Of a stretch of 64,000 bases of DNA, positions 10,238-19,743 are shown one piece after another (the first letter of the stretch is position 1; every line of letters starts with the position of its first letter). The translations under genes and the position numbers were made by a program. Under the pieces are notes generated by a model, which was not told the origin of the DNA, did not search any database, and saw only the letters and a program-made list of their open reading frames with translations. The stretch covers positions 3,454 through 67,453 of the IMG/VR virus record IMGVR_UViG_3300028048_003204; one strand, 5' to 3'. Source of the DNA: a virus. Taxonomy: Duplodnaviria > Caudoviricetes.

Positions 10238-10478
10238 CGTCTATTAATGAATAAAGTAATTCAGCTTCATCTGGGTCAAGCCATACTGGCAAAGCATTAC
10301 CAAAATTATTATATTCATCATAGTTATAATCTATTCTAATAATGCCCTCAATTTCTTCCTTAACAACACAGATATAACCAGCCTTAAATAGAATTTTCAA
10401 CACAGTACCAACTGTATTATATAGATCTTCTCCAAAATTTTCTTCTGTAAGTACAATAGTTTCAAACTTTTTATTCAT
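10215..10478 (-). CDS. Small acidic hypothetical protein
   Basis: 87-aa ORF TAATG-coupled to recA. Confidence 0.6.
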   Translation of the reverse strand: MNKKFETIVLTEENFGEDLYNTVGTVLKILFKAGYICVVKEEIEGIIRIDYNYDEYNNFGNALPVWLDPDEAELLYSLIDDEGEYFD

Positions 10479-11668
10479 TAGTATTCCTCTTCTTCAGCTC
10501 GTGCTCTAGCTACACTATCACCAAATACTTTATCAACTTCACTATTAAGCATCTGCTCAAATGCATAGTTATAAGGAGATTCTTTTTCTCTTATTCTATC
10601 ATATACAGCATCATATAATGCTTTCCATTCATCTAAATGTTCATTAAAATAAGTAGTTACATTTGCCTTACCTCTTATTTTAATTTCTTTACCTTCAGAA
10701 TCGAGTTTAATTTCTCCAGTTTCAGGATCTATAATTTTATATGATCCTTGAGTACTATTGTCTATTAAACCAAAATGTAAAGCGGCTTCAATAGTATCAG
10801 ATAAAATATCAACACCTCTTGTATAATTTAATCTATATGAGCCACCTTTTCTATCCCATTTATTAGTCTTAGTTTTTAATACAGCTACATTTACAATGTG
10901 GCCAGCAGGTGATTCTGCTGTAGTTGAAAGTTTATTTCCATCAGCATCAAAAAACTCACCTCGTTTAAACATTAACCTAGAAGAGCAAGCGTGTTTCCAA
11001 GCTCTACCACCAGGAGTAGTAATTGGATTTCCATAACCTGACATATTCTCACGCACCTGATTTATTGCAATAAGTGTAGCGTGATATTTTCTAAGCAACC
11101 CTAATGCCGTATTAGCAAACCTTGTTAGAGATTTAGCAATACCACCCATTTGATATTTTTCCATTGACTCATCAGCAATTTGTGCTGGTACAAGTGTAGC
11201 AATACTATCAAATATGAGTAATCCAACTTCACCTGTTCTCAAAAGATTTAACGCCATATCAAATATTTCTTCTGCATTTTGACCTTCCGGCCTAATAACA
11301 ATAGTTCTTACAGGTGCTTCTTCTGATAAATCATACCCAAATACTGCTGCCCAAGTTGGATCTAATGTACCTTCATTATCAAGAAAAATAATACATCTCG
11401 GATCTTCTGGATTACGCTTTAATTCTTCTTTTATGTAAGAAGCAGCAATCATAAATGCTGTAGTAGTTTTACCTGAACCTTCAGCACCACTTAATTCAAT
11501 TATTCTGCCTTCAGGTATTCCGCCATACAGACAATAATCAAGCATTGGAGATCCAAGAGAAAGAATGCCATCTACCTCTAAGCTATCTGCACCAAATTTT
11601 GCAACATTATCTCCATACCTCTTTGATATATCTTTTAATACACCATTTAAAGTTAATTCAGCCATCAA
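10478..11668 (-). CDS. recA: RecA/UvsX-family recombinase
   Basis: GGIPEGRIIELSGAEGSGKTT, LLIFDSIATL, INQVRE, TPGGRAWKH. Confidence 0.95.
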   Translation of the reverse strand: MMAELTLNGVLKDISKRYGDNVAKFGADSLEVDGILSLGSPMLDYCLYGGIPEGRIIELSGAEGSGKTTTAFMIAASYIKEELKRNPEDPRCIIFLDNEGTLDPTWAAVFGYDLSEEAPVRTIVIRPEGQNAEEIFDMALNLLRTGEVGLLIFDSIATLVPAQIADESMEKYQMGGIAKSLTRFANTALGLLRKYHATLIAINQVRENMSGYGNPITTPGGRAWKHACSSRLMFKRGEFFDADGNKLSTTAESPAGHIVNVAVLKTKTNKWDRKGGSYRLNYTRGVDILSDTIEAALHFGLIDNSTQGSYKIIDPETGEIKLDSEGKEIKIRGKANVTTYFNEHLDEWKALYDAVYDRIREKESPYNYAFEQMLNSEVDKVFGDSVARARAEEEEY

Positions 11669-11999
11669 TCTTCTCTTTCATATTTGAAACTAAAAAATCA
11701 TATAATTTTTCTGCACTATCTATAATTAATTCTACTTCTCTATCGTTTTCTGTATAATATAGCCTTGAAATGTCCCAATCTCTGCCAAAATCAGTTTCCC
11801 AACACCACCAATCAATCCAAGAAGCTTCATCATCAAATACATACTGTAGTAGTTTTACTAAATAATAATCACTTTGATGCCACCCACAATCAATAGTATC
11901 TATATTATATTTTTGATATAGCTCACTTAATACATCGCTTTCCTTACACAGTGCATTTAGAATTTCAACAAATTCTTCTTTAGAAAACATTTTCTTCAT
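11658..11999 (-). CDS. Hypothetical phage protein
   Basis: 113 aa; WIDWWCWETDFG...SAEKLYDFL. Confidence 0.65.
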   Translation of the reverse strand: MKKMFSKEEFVEILNALCKESDVLSELYQKYNIDTIDCGWHQSDYYLVKLLQYVFDDEASWIDWWCWETDFGRDWDISRLYYTENDREVELIIDSAEKLYDFLVSNMKEKIDG

Positions 12000-12540
12000 T
12001 TAATATTTTCCTCCCAGTTTGCATTGAAACAAGTTGAGACTCCTGCATTCTATGGCTAAGAATTTTAGACAATGTACTCACCATTGTTTCTGCAGCCGAT
12101 ACTTTAGCTTTAATAATCTTATATGCTCTATTATAAAGATCATTTACTGTTTTATCATATATAGAAGCATTTTCAGAAATTGCTTGACTTTCTGCAACAG
12201 TAGGCTTTTTAGCTCCAACCTTACCATCTGTAGAGTGTTGATGTTCAAGATATTTGGTATTATAAGTTTCCTGTGCTTTTGATTTACTAATGGAATCAAA
12301 TATACCAAGTCTTTCACTTTTTTCACACATAAAATATAAGCAATTTGAAAGCTCCATAAAATATTTTTCAATAGTGTTAATAGCTGGGTATTCATCATTA
12401 ATAACATTATTATAAATATTTTCCATAATTTTATCTAAATCGGAACTATATTCTGAAACAATGTCATTAATAATATTTTCTATATAGCTAACATCAACAC
12501 CAATGGTATCAAGAGAACTGTTAATTTTATCAATATCCAT
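11980..12540 (-). CDS. Coiled-coil protein, UvsY-like recombination mediator candidate
   Basis: All-helical; KKPTVAESQA...AYKIIKAKV pattern; lies between RecU and RecA. Confidence 0.4.
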   Translation of the reverse strand: MDIDKINSSLDTIGVDVSYIENIINDIVSEYSSDLDKIMENIYNNVINDEYPAINTIEKYFMELSNCLYFMCEKSERLGIFDSISKSKAQETYNTKYLEHQHSTDGKVGAKKPTVAESQAISENASIYDKTVNDLYNRAYKIIKAKVSAAETMVSTLSKILSHRMQESQLVSMQTGRKILNEENVF

Positions 12541-12542
12541 AT

Positions 12543-13010
12543 CTAATCTCCTTCATTTAAATTTTGTAATACAGAATAATCAGAATCCATAAAAACTCGT
12601 AATTTTGTTGATGGTATTTCAATTATATTATAACCTTCATCAAAAGCTTTTATACCTACTGATTTTTTACCCTCAGCCTTTAATTGCTTAATAGTAGTTG
12701 CTGGTATGTAAAATACTCTAAATTTTTCATATAAATATAATAACACACCCGCCCTTATTCCGTAAATATTAGATTTTTCTAGCAATTTGGGATATTGAGA
12801 AATCTTATCAAAAGGAATACTAGCACCTTTATGAACTTTACATTCTATATAGAACATATTAGGATATGAATAGCATATAAAGTCTGATACATTACTTATA
12901 TTAACATACCCACTAGTTACATCATAAAGTCTTAATATATCTCCTTCAGGAAAAGACTTTTTCCAACCCTCTTTAAAATGCTCTTCAAATGCTTTTCCAT
13001 TAACTGCCAT
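12543..13010 (-). CDS. recU: RecU-like Holliday junction resolvase
   Basis: NGKAFEE, SDFI, YIECKVHKGASIPFDKISQ. Confidence 0.8.
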   Translation of the reverse strand: MAVNGKAFEEHFKEGWKKSFPEGDILRLYDVTSGYVNISNVSDFICYSYPNMFYIECKVHKGASIPFDKISQYPKLLEKSNIYGIRAGVLLYLYEKFRVFYIPATTIKQLKAEGKKSVGIKAFDEGYNIIEIPSTKLRVFMDSDYSVLQNLNEGD

Positions 13011-13438
13011 TAATTAGTTCCTGTACTACCAAAACCACCTCTGCTTTTTTCATTCAAATGTTCTACTTCTTCAAAAGAAATTTCAGGTTGTTTTTCCATA
13101 ATTCTAAATTGACAAATTCTATCATTCTTTTTAATAAATGTATGTTCTACAGCATAAGCAGAAAATTTCCATTCATCTTCTTCTCCAGAATAAGAATTAT
13201 CTATTATACCCATATGGTTAGCTTGAATAACACTATATTTTTTAAATGTACTACTTCGTGGCACAATATGAGCTTCATAACCTTCGGGCAGAATCATTCC
13301 AACACCAAGTGGTATAAGTGTATGTTCACCTGCTTCAAGTTCAATATCTTTTGCAGCTCTCAAATCTATCCAATCACCTTTTGATATTTTCTCAATAGGC
13401 TCTATATCTGTAAAATATTTTATCTTAATTGTTTTCAT
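13010..13438 (-). CDS. dut: Trimeric dUTPase
   Basis: [30 protein letters not shown] motifs. Confidence 0.95.
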   Translation of the reverse strand: MKTIKIKYFTDIEPIEKISKGDWIDLRAAKDIELEAGEHTLIPLGVGMILPEGYEAHIVPRSSTFKKYSVIQANHMGIIDNSYSGEEDEWKFSAYAVEHTFIKKNDRICQFRIMEKQPEISFEEVEHLNEKSRGGFGSTGTN

Positions 13439-13622
13439 TTGAATTAGCTAGTATTTCTCCTAAAGTATCATATTCACCTATTACTTCACCACAATCATAC
13501 AAATTACCAAGAATATCCTCTTTATATAGAATATTGTCTATAATATGAAAACATTCTGTATGAGGGTTATCAGTTATATTTGTATTAATTACACCTTTAT
13601 GCGTTAGTATGTACTTCTTCAT
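13425..13622 (-). CDS. Small hypothetical protein
   Basis: 65 aa; overlaps neighbours; AAGGAG upstream. Confidence 0.55.
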   Translation of the reverse strand: MKKYILTHKGVINTNITDNPHTECFHIIDNILYKEDILGNLYDCGEVIGEYDTLGEILANSNENN

Positions 13623-14025
13623 TTATATTCATCTCCTTATCAACAATTCTTATCTTAAGGTTAGTGCTACTGAAATCATGTTGTCTTGGAAGATAAATAA
13701 CTTCTTTACCAAGAGTAGACAGCAGGTCTTTATTTTCCCAATCTTTACCCTTATGATCATCTCCCAAGAAGTACACATCATAATTAAAACTCTTTAGCAT
13801 TGTAGCAGCATCATATTTATCATAATATGGAATTACTTCATCTACCCATTTTACTGCCCTTAACTGCATATATCTTTCATATATTGTCTGTACAGGATCT
13901 TTATAATTTGGACAACAATGCAGTGCTACAATAAGATAATCACAATACTTTTTTGCTTCTTCTATAGCTATTAAATGCCCTGGGTGAAGAATATCTGCTA
14001 CCATAGGGTATATACCAATTTTCAT
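13597..14025 (-). CDS. HIGH-superfamily cytidylyltransferase (TagD / glycerol-3-phosphate cytidylyltransferase-like)
   Basis: ADILHPGH (HxGH), YERYMQLRAVKWVDEV, GDDH, LPRQHDFSST (RTxGISST-like). Confidence 0.88.
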   Translation of the reverse strand: MKIGIYPMVADILHPGHLIAIEEAKKYCDYLIVALHCCPNYKDPVQTIYERYMQLRAVKWVDEVIPYYDKYDAATMLKSFNYDVYFLGDDHKGKDWENKDLLSTLGKEVIYLPRQHDFSSTNLKIRIVDKEMNINEEVHTNA

Positions 14026-14036
14026 ATTATAACCTC

Positions 14037-14897
14037 TCAGTTTCTAAATCTATCACTAATAATTTTTGGTACACAAGTTTTCCAATTAATTGTGTGATGT
14101 AGTCGTGGGTGGCTCTCTCCCACCATAGCAATTTTTACACTATGTGGACAAGCCAATATAGAATAAAATGATTTTACATATGTACCATAAGCTTTATAAG
14201 CCTCTGTATTACCACCTTTTCTTGATTGAGTAAGTACCTGACCTAAATTAACTATAGGTGTCTGTAAAAATATTTCTCCCCTTTGACCAAGAACTGTGTA
14301 TGCATTTACATCGTCGTTAAACCTACCTAAGAAATAAAAATCATCTTCAGGCTTACCAACCTTAAAATAAAATGTATTCATAGCTTTACGCTTAGCCTGG
14401 GTTTTCCAAACATGACCATTTACACCACCAGCCATTTCGCCATTTTGTGCAAATGCAATAGTTCTTACACCAGTAGAATCAAGAAAATCAAGCATAGCTT
14501 CACAAACAGCATCAAAGTCTTCTATATTCATAGATCTTAGTACTTGACCTTCAGGTACTCTATATCTAAAATCAAGATAATCGTCTTCGAATTCTGCAAA
14601 ATAGTCAAGCTTAAGTTCTCTTGCTATATCAAAACATACATTTCTAGCATATACAACTACATTTCTGCCATCAAAATTATCATAAACATCAAACTTTTTA
14701 GCAACAGCTGCTTTATCAAATACAATAACTCTATCTTCGCCAAAAAGTTTTCTATACCCATCTACAGTATCATCTTCATTATCAATAATGAAATAATATT
14801 TACCAGTATACCCAACTTTTTGTAGAGTTTTTACAGTAAAAACCTCATCAGGTCTACCATGAGATAAAATGAATATTGCAAAATTATCCCTTACCAT
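14037..14897 (-). CDS. GT-A fold glycosyltransferase, TAGT/GREB1-like phage DNA-glycosylation family
   Basis: IFILSHGRP, YARN, FEDDY (DxD), GRFNDDVN, TQSRKGGNTE. Confidence 0.75.
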   Translation of the reverse strand: MVRDNFAIFILSHGRPDEVFTVKTLQKVGYTGKYYFIIDNEDDTVDGYRKLFGEDRVIVFDKAAVAKKFDVYDNFDGRNVVVYARNVCFDIARELKLDYFAEFEDDYLDFRYRVPEGQVLRSMNIEDFDAVCEAMLDFLDSTGVRTIAFAQNGEMAGGVNGHVWKTQAKRKAMNTFYFKVGKPEDDFYFLGRFNDDVNAYTVLGQRGEIFLQTPIVNLGQVLTQSRKGGNTEAYKAYGTYVKSFYSILACPHSVKIAMVGESHPRLHHTINWKTCVPKIISDRFRN

Positions 14898-15321
14898 TTT
14901 TAGTCTCCGAATCTTTAGCTATGGCCTCTTGTACAGAAGTCTGCTTTCTAGCTATATCCATAATTCTATTCTGCAAAGTTACATAACCATTAGCAATAGC
15001 ATCATTTAAATCTATGATAACTAATGCTGATTTTTCCATTAACGCTTGCATTTCTTTACCCTGATGAGCATAATAATCAGCTATCTTGCCATAATTAAAT
15101 ACCATATGACGAGTAGCAGCTTTAATTAAAAAGTCTTTCTGATCATCACTAATTGAAGCTGTTTTAATCTCATTTACAAGTTCATCATACTTGTGTGTTG
15201 AAATTAATTCGTGTACACTTGGACATTCAGCTTTAGGTAGATACTGTGGTATAGAAACTTTGCCCGTATATCTTGCATCTTCTTCTGTTGTTTCAATATC
15301 AAATAACCCAAATTTATCCAT
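14884..15321 (-). CDS. Conserved phage protein of unknown function, partner of the glycosyltransferase
   Basis: YTGKVSIPQY...FLIKAATRHMVFNYGKIADYYAH...ALMEKSALVIID; overlaps the GT start. Confidence 0.7.
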   Translation of the reverse strand: MDKFGLFDIETTEEDARYTGKVSIPQYLPKAECPSVHELISTHKYDELVNEIKTASISDDQKDFLIKAATRHMVFNYGKIADYYAHQGKEMQALMEKSALVIIDLNDAIANGYVTLQNRIMDIARKQTSVQEAIAKDSETKNGKG

Positions 15322-15335
15322 AATTTACTCCATTA

Positions 15336-16454
15336 TTATACAATCTCAGGAACAATATTGTAAATATTATCTTTAACACAAACAATAGCCTGATTATCTC
15401 CAAAATTAAATGTAATAAATTCTCCAGTTGAAGAATCAAGAATAGATTTTATATCTGTAAAATCAAGCACTGCTTTATATTCATCACTTATAATAGACTC
15501 ATTAGCATAAACAATTTCTTCTTTATTTACACTATTCATATCACTAATTATAACTTTATTCTTCTCAAAAGTAAATACACCATAAGTTCTATCTATAGCT
15601 GAACTTTTATCTGAGAAAATAAACAGTCTATTAATTGCCTGAAGCATTTCTACTCTATTAATAGTTACAGAATATTTATAATCTTTATATGCTCTATCTC
15701 TAATTACCTTAACTGGCACCTTTTTAATAGAAGCTTCATTTGTAGGCAATACTGCAGTTAATTCAATATCAGCAGTTTTAAACTTTGCTTTTGTCTGGAT
15801 AAGTTCTTCTGACAGTTTATCCTGACCAATAGAAAACTCTACAATATCAGATTTAAATAGCTTAAACAGTTTAACCAATTTAGAATTAAGTAATAGCTTA
15901 ACATCTTCATCAAGCTCAAACTTATTTACACACGCACCAGAAGTAAATGTAATAGCACCTTCATTATCTACATAGTATAAACTCTGTACAGGATTATTAA
16001 TAACCTTACCTATAAGCTGCTTACTATTATAGGTAAAAATACTATCTAGAATATCACCACTTATACTAAATGAATTAGTAACATTATCTATAGTTATTTC
16101 TGGAAGTTTAAGCAACTCTGTGCCATCATATACAAGCGGAAGCTTATATTTACCATTACCTGTAATTAACAAACAATTATCTGATATATCCATAGTAACT
16201 AATTCAGTAGTTATCTTTGAAATTAGTTTAAGGAAAAGCTCAGCATTTACTGTTGCGTGAAAATCTTCAGCTATATTTGTTGACAGTTTAATCTTAATGA
16301 AATACTCTCTATTGGTAACCTGTAAATACAAATTATTATTATTCAGTACAAGCTCCAATGTTTCTGTTATCTCTGACAACCCATTAGAATCTACAGCAAA
16401 GAGAATTTTAGAACAAATATTATTTAACTCTTCTGTTTTTAGTGTTATTGACAT
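15336..16454 (-). CDS. dnaN: DNA polymerase III beta sliding clamp
   Basis: 372 aa, three-domain beta-clamp pattern (LYLQVTNREYFI, FHATVNAELFLKLI, LQAINRL); co-located with clamp-loader genes. Confidence 0.85.
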   Translation of the reverse strand: MSITLKTEELNNICSKILFAVDSNGLSEITETLELVLNNNNLYLQVTNREYFIKIKLSTNIAEDFHATVNAELFLKLISKITTELVTMDISDNCLLITGNGKYKLPLVYDGTELLKLPEITIDNVTNSFSISGDILDSIFTYNSKQLIGKVINNPVQSLYYVDNEGAITFTSGACVNKFELDEDVKLLLNSKLVKLFKLFKSDIVEFSIGQDKLSEELIQTKAKFKTADIELTAVLPTNEASIKKVPVKVIRDRAYKDYKYSVTINRVEMLQAINRLFIFSDKSSAIDRTYGVFTFEKNKVIISDMNSVNKEEIVYANESIISDEYKAVLDFTDIKSILDSSTGEFITFNFGDNQAIVCVKDNIYNIVPEIV

Positions 16455-16465
16455 ATATTACCTCA

Positions 16466-17122
16466 TTAATCCATTAGTTTTACATCATTAATTTGTAAAC
16501 AAAATTTCATATCTAAATACTCTGCAGCTTTCTTACACAGCTGCATTCTACTATAAAATGTATCATAGTAATCAAGTACAGAACTATAGTTTGTATTAAG
16601 TTTTAACTTAAGTGTTATTACTCTACTATCTTTATCAGCTGTTAATATAGAAGAATCTACAGAATAATGTACTTTATCATAAATATCAAAAGTATTTAGA
16701 TCTTGTTTTCTAACTCTGCTTCTTCTTACATCAGATTTGTCTGCAATTATAAGAGCAGCTGCAATAGGGCTAACTGGAAATCCTGTAGTTACATCATGAT
16801 TACCAATAGCAGATATTATTTTTAAAATATCTTCTAATTCATAACCATTCTTTAAAAGAATATCATATGCTAATATTGCGCTTGAATGAGCATGATCATG
16901 CCTATTCACAACATTACCAATATCGTGCATATACCCAGCAATTTCAGTTAACTCTATTGTATGCTCGCTATAACCTAATTCTGATAATATATTGCAAGCC
17001 ATTTTAGCTACACGAGAAACATGGGCTAAATTATGCTCTGCAAATTCCATGGCTGCAAGACAAGAATCTGAAGCACCAATATATGGAATTAAATTTAATT
17101 TTTCTACTATATTATGTTCCAT
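16466..17122 (-). CDS. Host-like HD-domain phosphohydrolase
   Basis: EHNLAHV, YMHDIGN.VNR.DHA, AIGNHD, ALIIADKSDVRRSRV; resembles a Clostridia HD family from recall. Confidence 0.85.
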   Translation of the reverse strand: MEHNIVEKLNLIPYIGASDSCLAAMEFAEHNLAHVSRVAKMACNILSELGYSEHTIELTEIAGYMHDIGNVVNRHDHAHSSAILAYDILLKNGYELEDILKIISAIGNHDVTTGFPVSPIAAALIIADKSDVRRSRVRKQDLNTFDIYDKVHYSVDSSILTADKDSRVITLKLKLNTNYSSVLDYYDTFYSRMQLCKKAAEYLDMKFCLQINDVKLMD

Positions 17123-17129
17123 TTATTAT

Positions 17130-17158
17130 ATTATACTATATTTTGTATTATTTGTAAA
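17130..17158 (-). promoter_or_regulatory. Promoter TTTACA-N17-TATAAT, 7 nt upstream of the HD-gene ATG (leaderless mRNA candidate)
   Basis: -35 at 17153-17158, -10 at 17130-17135, ATG at 17122, no SD. Confidence 0.75.
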
Positions 17159-19583
17159 TAATATTTGATATAAAGTCATCAGTTACTTCTGAATGATTAT
17201 CTTTCAATAACTCATAAGCTTTTTCTTTATCATATTTTGATAAATAAGTATTATATTCTTTTTCTAATTCTGAGCTATATACATCTGCATACCACGATTT
17301 AAAATAATCAGCATCACATTTCATAGGTACATTGACTTCAGGCTTTGCAGAATTAATCATAATATTAGACAATAATTCTTTACATCTTTCTTTATTTTCT
17401 TCTGGACATTCACCTATCAATTCATCGTGTACAGCTATTAATAATCTAAAACCTAAATCCTTAAGTTCTTTATTATTATAAACATCTATCATAGCGCGCT
17501 TAGACATAGAAGCAGCACCGCCCTGAATCCTTGCATTTACACACTGTCTTTCAGCTTGTGATACAAAACCTGTATTGTTATATATTGTTAAATTATCTTT
17601 TTCTGCTTTTGATTTTATAATATTAAAATCGTTAGCATTTTTACATTTATCTAATTCTAATAAATATTTTTCAATTAATGTATTATTAATAGTATAATTT
17701 ACACCAGAACTACCTATTAATGGGTTAAATGTTGAAAATTTATTTTTAGATTTAACTTCATATCTCGGCCTTTGTATATCAGGTAATCTTCTTCTTCTAC
17801 CCCAAATATCTTCTACATAGCCATTTTCCTTTGCGAAAGCCTGTGTTTCATTTATCCATTTACTAACTTTTGGAAATTGGTTAAAGAAACTAGATCTTAT
17901 ATCACTTGCCTCTTTTGTAGAACAGTTCAAAGACTCTGCGATAGCAGGTACTGACATACCGTACATAATTCCTAACAAAAGTACCTTGCAAGCAGATCTT
18001 CTTTTCTTTCCATCTGGGTTAATACTGCCATCAGGTCTAAATTCTAGATTATCTTCATACTTATTATGATAAACTCTTGATGCGATTGTAGCATATAAAT
18101 CTTTTCCATCTTTATATGCATTTATCATATTTTCATCATCTGAATAATGTGCTAATAATCTAGGTTCTTGCTGGCTAAAGTCGCCACCACACATAACATA
18201 ACCAGGACTTGCTGTAAATAGCATTCGTATAGAATTTTCATGCGAAGGTATATTTTGAAGATTTGGATCACTTGAACTAAACCTACCTGTAGCTGCTCCA
18301 TACTGGTTAAAACTCGTGTGTAATCTACCATCTCTCTCAGATATACATTCTGGTAATTTTTCAATATAGGTATTAACAAGTTTCATTAATCCTCTATATT
18401 CCAGAATTAATTTACACAGAGGTAAATCTATTTTTAGTAATATATCTTCACCTGTACCTCTCGGTTTTTTCTTATCAACTACTGGAACTTTTAACACATC
18501 ATACAGTAGTATTGCAAGTTGTGTTGGCGAAGCCAAATTTACAGGATTTTCTAATTGTTCAGATTTAGATTTACCTAACCCATTTCCTGTAGATTTTATT
18601 GGGTGATGGTTAGCTTCTTCTGTTAATCTCCATTTTGCAATTACATCATCATATTTAGATAATTCTTTATCTACTCTTGATTGCAAATTAGCTAATTTAT
18701 CATCATACTTTTTTCTTAATCTGTCAGAATATTCTAAATCAATACAAACACCTGTTAATTCCATTTCAGCTACTACAGGTATTACAGGAAACTCTACATT
18801 AAATAATAAATCAAGTAATCTACTATTTTCAGGTTTATTTAACTGTTTATATTGATATTCATATAGTTTATATGTTTTAAATGAGTCGGTAGCTGCATAT
18901 AAAGCGAATAGCTCAGGTGCAACTATTGCATAATCTAACCCTTCAAATAAATGCTCAATAGAATATTTTTCTTCATTAGGATCAATTTTCATTACATATT
19001 GATCTTTTAACCTTGCAGATAATTCATTTTCATCAAGCACCTTTGCAGCTATCTGAGAATCCCAATAAATTGGGAAATCACAATCACAAGTACATTTAAT
19101 TACTTCATAATCAAATTTACCATTATGAGTTAATATTTTTATATTTTTAAGTTTTTCTATGCCTTCTTTTATTTGTTTCTCATCTAATTGCCAACTTAAT
19201 CTCTCGCCTGTTTCTCTATTTATATGATGAACAGGTACATACGCTGCTGGCAATCCAGGTGCATATAAACATAATCCCATTAACATACAAGTTAAAGGGT
19301 CTAAGCTATTATTAGTTTCAGTATCAAGAGCTACAATACCTATATCAACACACTTATTGATATAATCATCATATTCTTCTTTAGATTTTATTACAATAGT
19401 TGAATCTGCATATTTACCTAAAATTTTATTTACTGATTCTTTTATTGTAACTAATCTTTCATCAACAGAAAAACTTTCTTTCTTTTTATGATGTGATTTT
19501 TTAGGATTATTTACTTTATCAAGAAGTTTATTTGCTTTATTTTGAGTTGTCTCTAGAACAAACTCCTCCCCCCACAAATTCAT
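17148..19583 (-). CDS. polA: Family A DNA polymerase (3'-5' exonuclease + polymerase, no 5' nuclease)
   Basis: LDTET, HNGKFD, YAATDS (exo I-III); TGRFSS..PNLQN; DFSQQEPR (A); RSACKVLLLGIMYG (B); VHDEL (C). Confidence 0.95.
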   Translation of the reverse strand: MNLWGEEFVLETTQNKANKLLDKVNNPKKSHHKKKESFSVDERLVTIKESVNKILGKYADSTIVIKSKEEYDDYINKCVDIGIVALDTETNNSLDPLTCMLMGLCLYAPGLPAAYVPVHHINRETGERLSWQLDEKQIKEGIEKLKNIKILTHNGKFDYEVIKCTCDCDFPIYWDSQIAAKVLDENELSARLKDQYVMKIDPNEEKYSIEHLFEGLDYAIVAPELFALYAATDSFKTYKLYEYQYKQLNKPENSRLLDLLFNVEFPVIPVVAEMELTGVCIDLEYSDRLRKKYDDKLANLQSRVDKELSKYDDVIAKWRLTEEANHHPIKSTGNGLGKSKSEQLENPVNLASPTQLAILLYDVLKVPVVDKKKPRGTGEDILLKIDLPLCKLILEYRGLMKLVNTYIEKLPECISERDGRLHTSFNQYGAATGRFSSSDPNLQNIPSHENSIRMLFTASPGYVMCGGDFSQQEPRLLAHYSDDENMINAYKDGKDLYATIASRVYHNKYEDNLEFRPDGSINPDGKKRRSACKVLLLGIMYGMSVPAIAESLNCSTKEASDIRSSFFNQFPKVSKWINETQAFAKENGYVEDIWGRRRRLPDIQRPRYEVKSKNKFSTFNPLIGSSGVNYTINNTLIEKYLLELDKCKNANDFNIIKSKAEKDNLTIYNNTGFVSQAERQCVNARIQGGAASMSKRAMIDVYNNKELKDLGFRLLIAVHDELIGECPEENKERCKELLSNIMINSAKPEVNVPMKCDADYFKSWYADVYSSELEKEYNTYLSKYDKEKAYELLKDNHSEVTDDFISNIIYK

Positions 19584-19725
19584 CTAATATCTCCCAAAAT
19601 GTTCTACCATTAACTGGCTCTGAAATACTATTAATATATTCGGCATATGCTTTGGATTCTTCTTCAGTTAAATCAACCATATCACCGAACAATTCTTTTG
19701 CTTCATTATACAATTTCATACTCAT
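19537..19725 (-). CDS. Small hypothetical protein
   Basis: 62 aa, overlaps the polA start by 47 nt; weak RBS. Confidence 0.4.
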   Translation of the reverse strand: MSMKLYNEAKELFGDMVDLTEEESKAYAEYINSISEPVNGRTFWEILDEFVGGGVCSRDNSK

Positions 19726-19743
19726 TTTGTAAATCTTAAAAAT

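Noticed and set aside
9160-19583. Z-genome (PurZ/DatZ/DpoZ) or dU-substitution system suggested by HD hydrolases plus PolA
   Set aside because: No PurZ, MazZ or thymidylate-replacement genes are visible, and a dUTPase argues against dU DNA.
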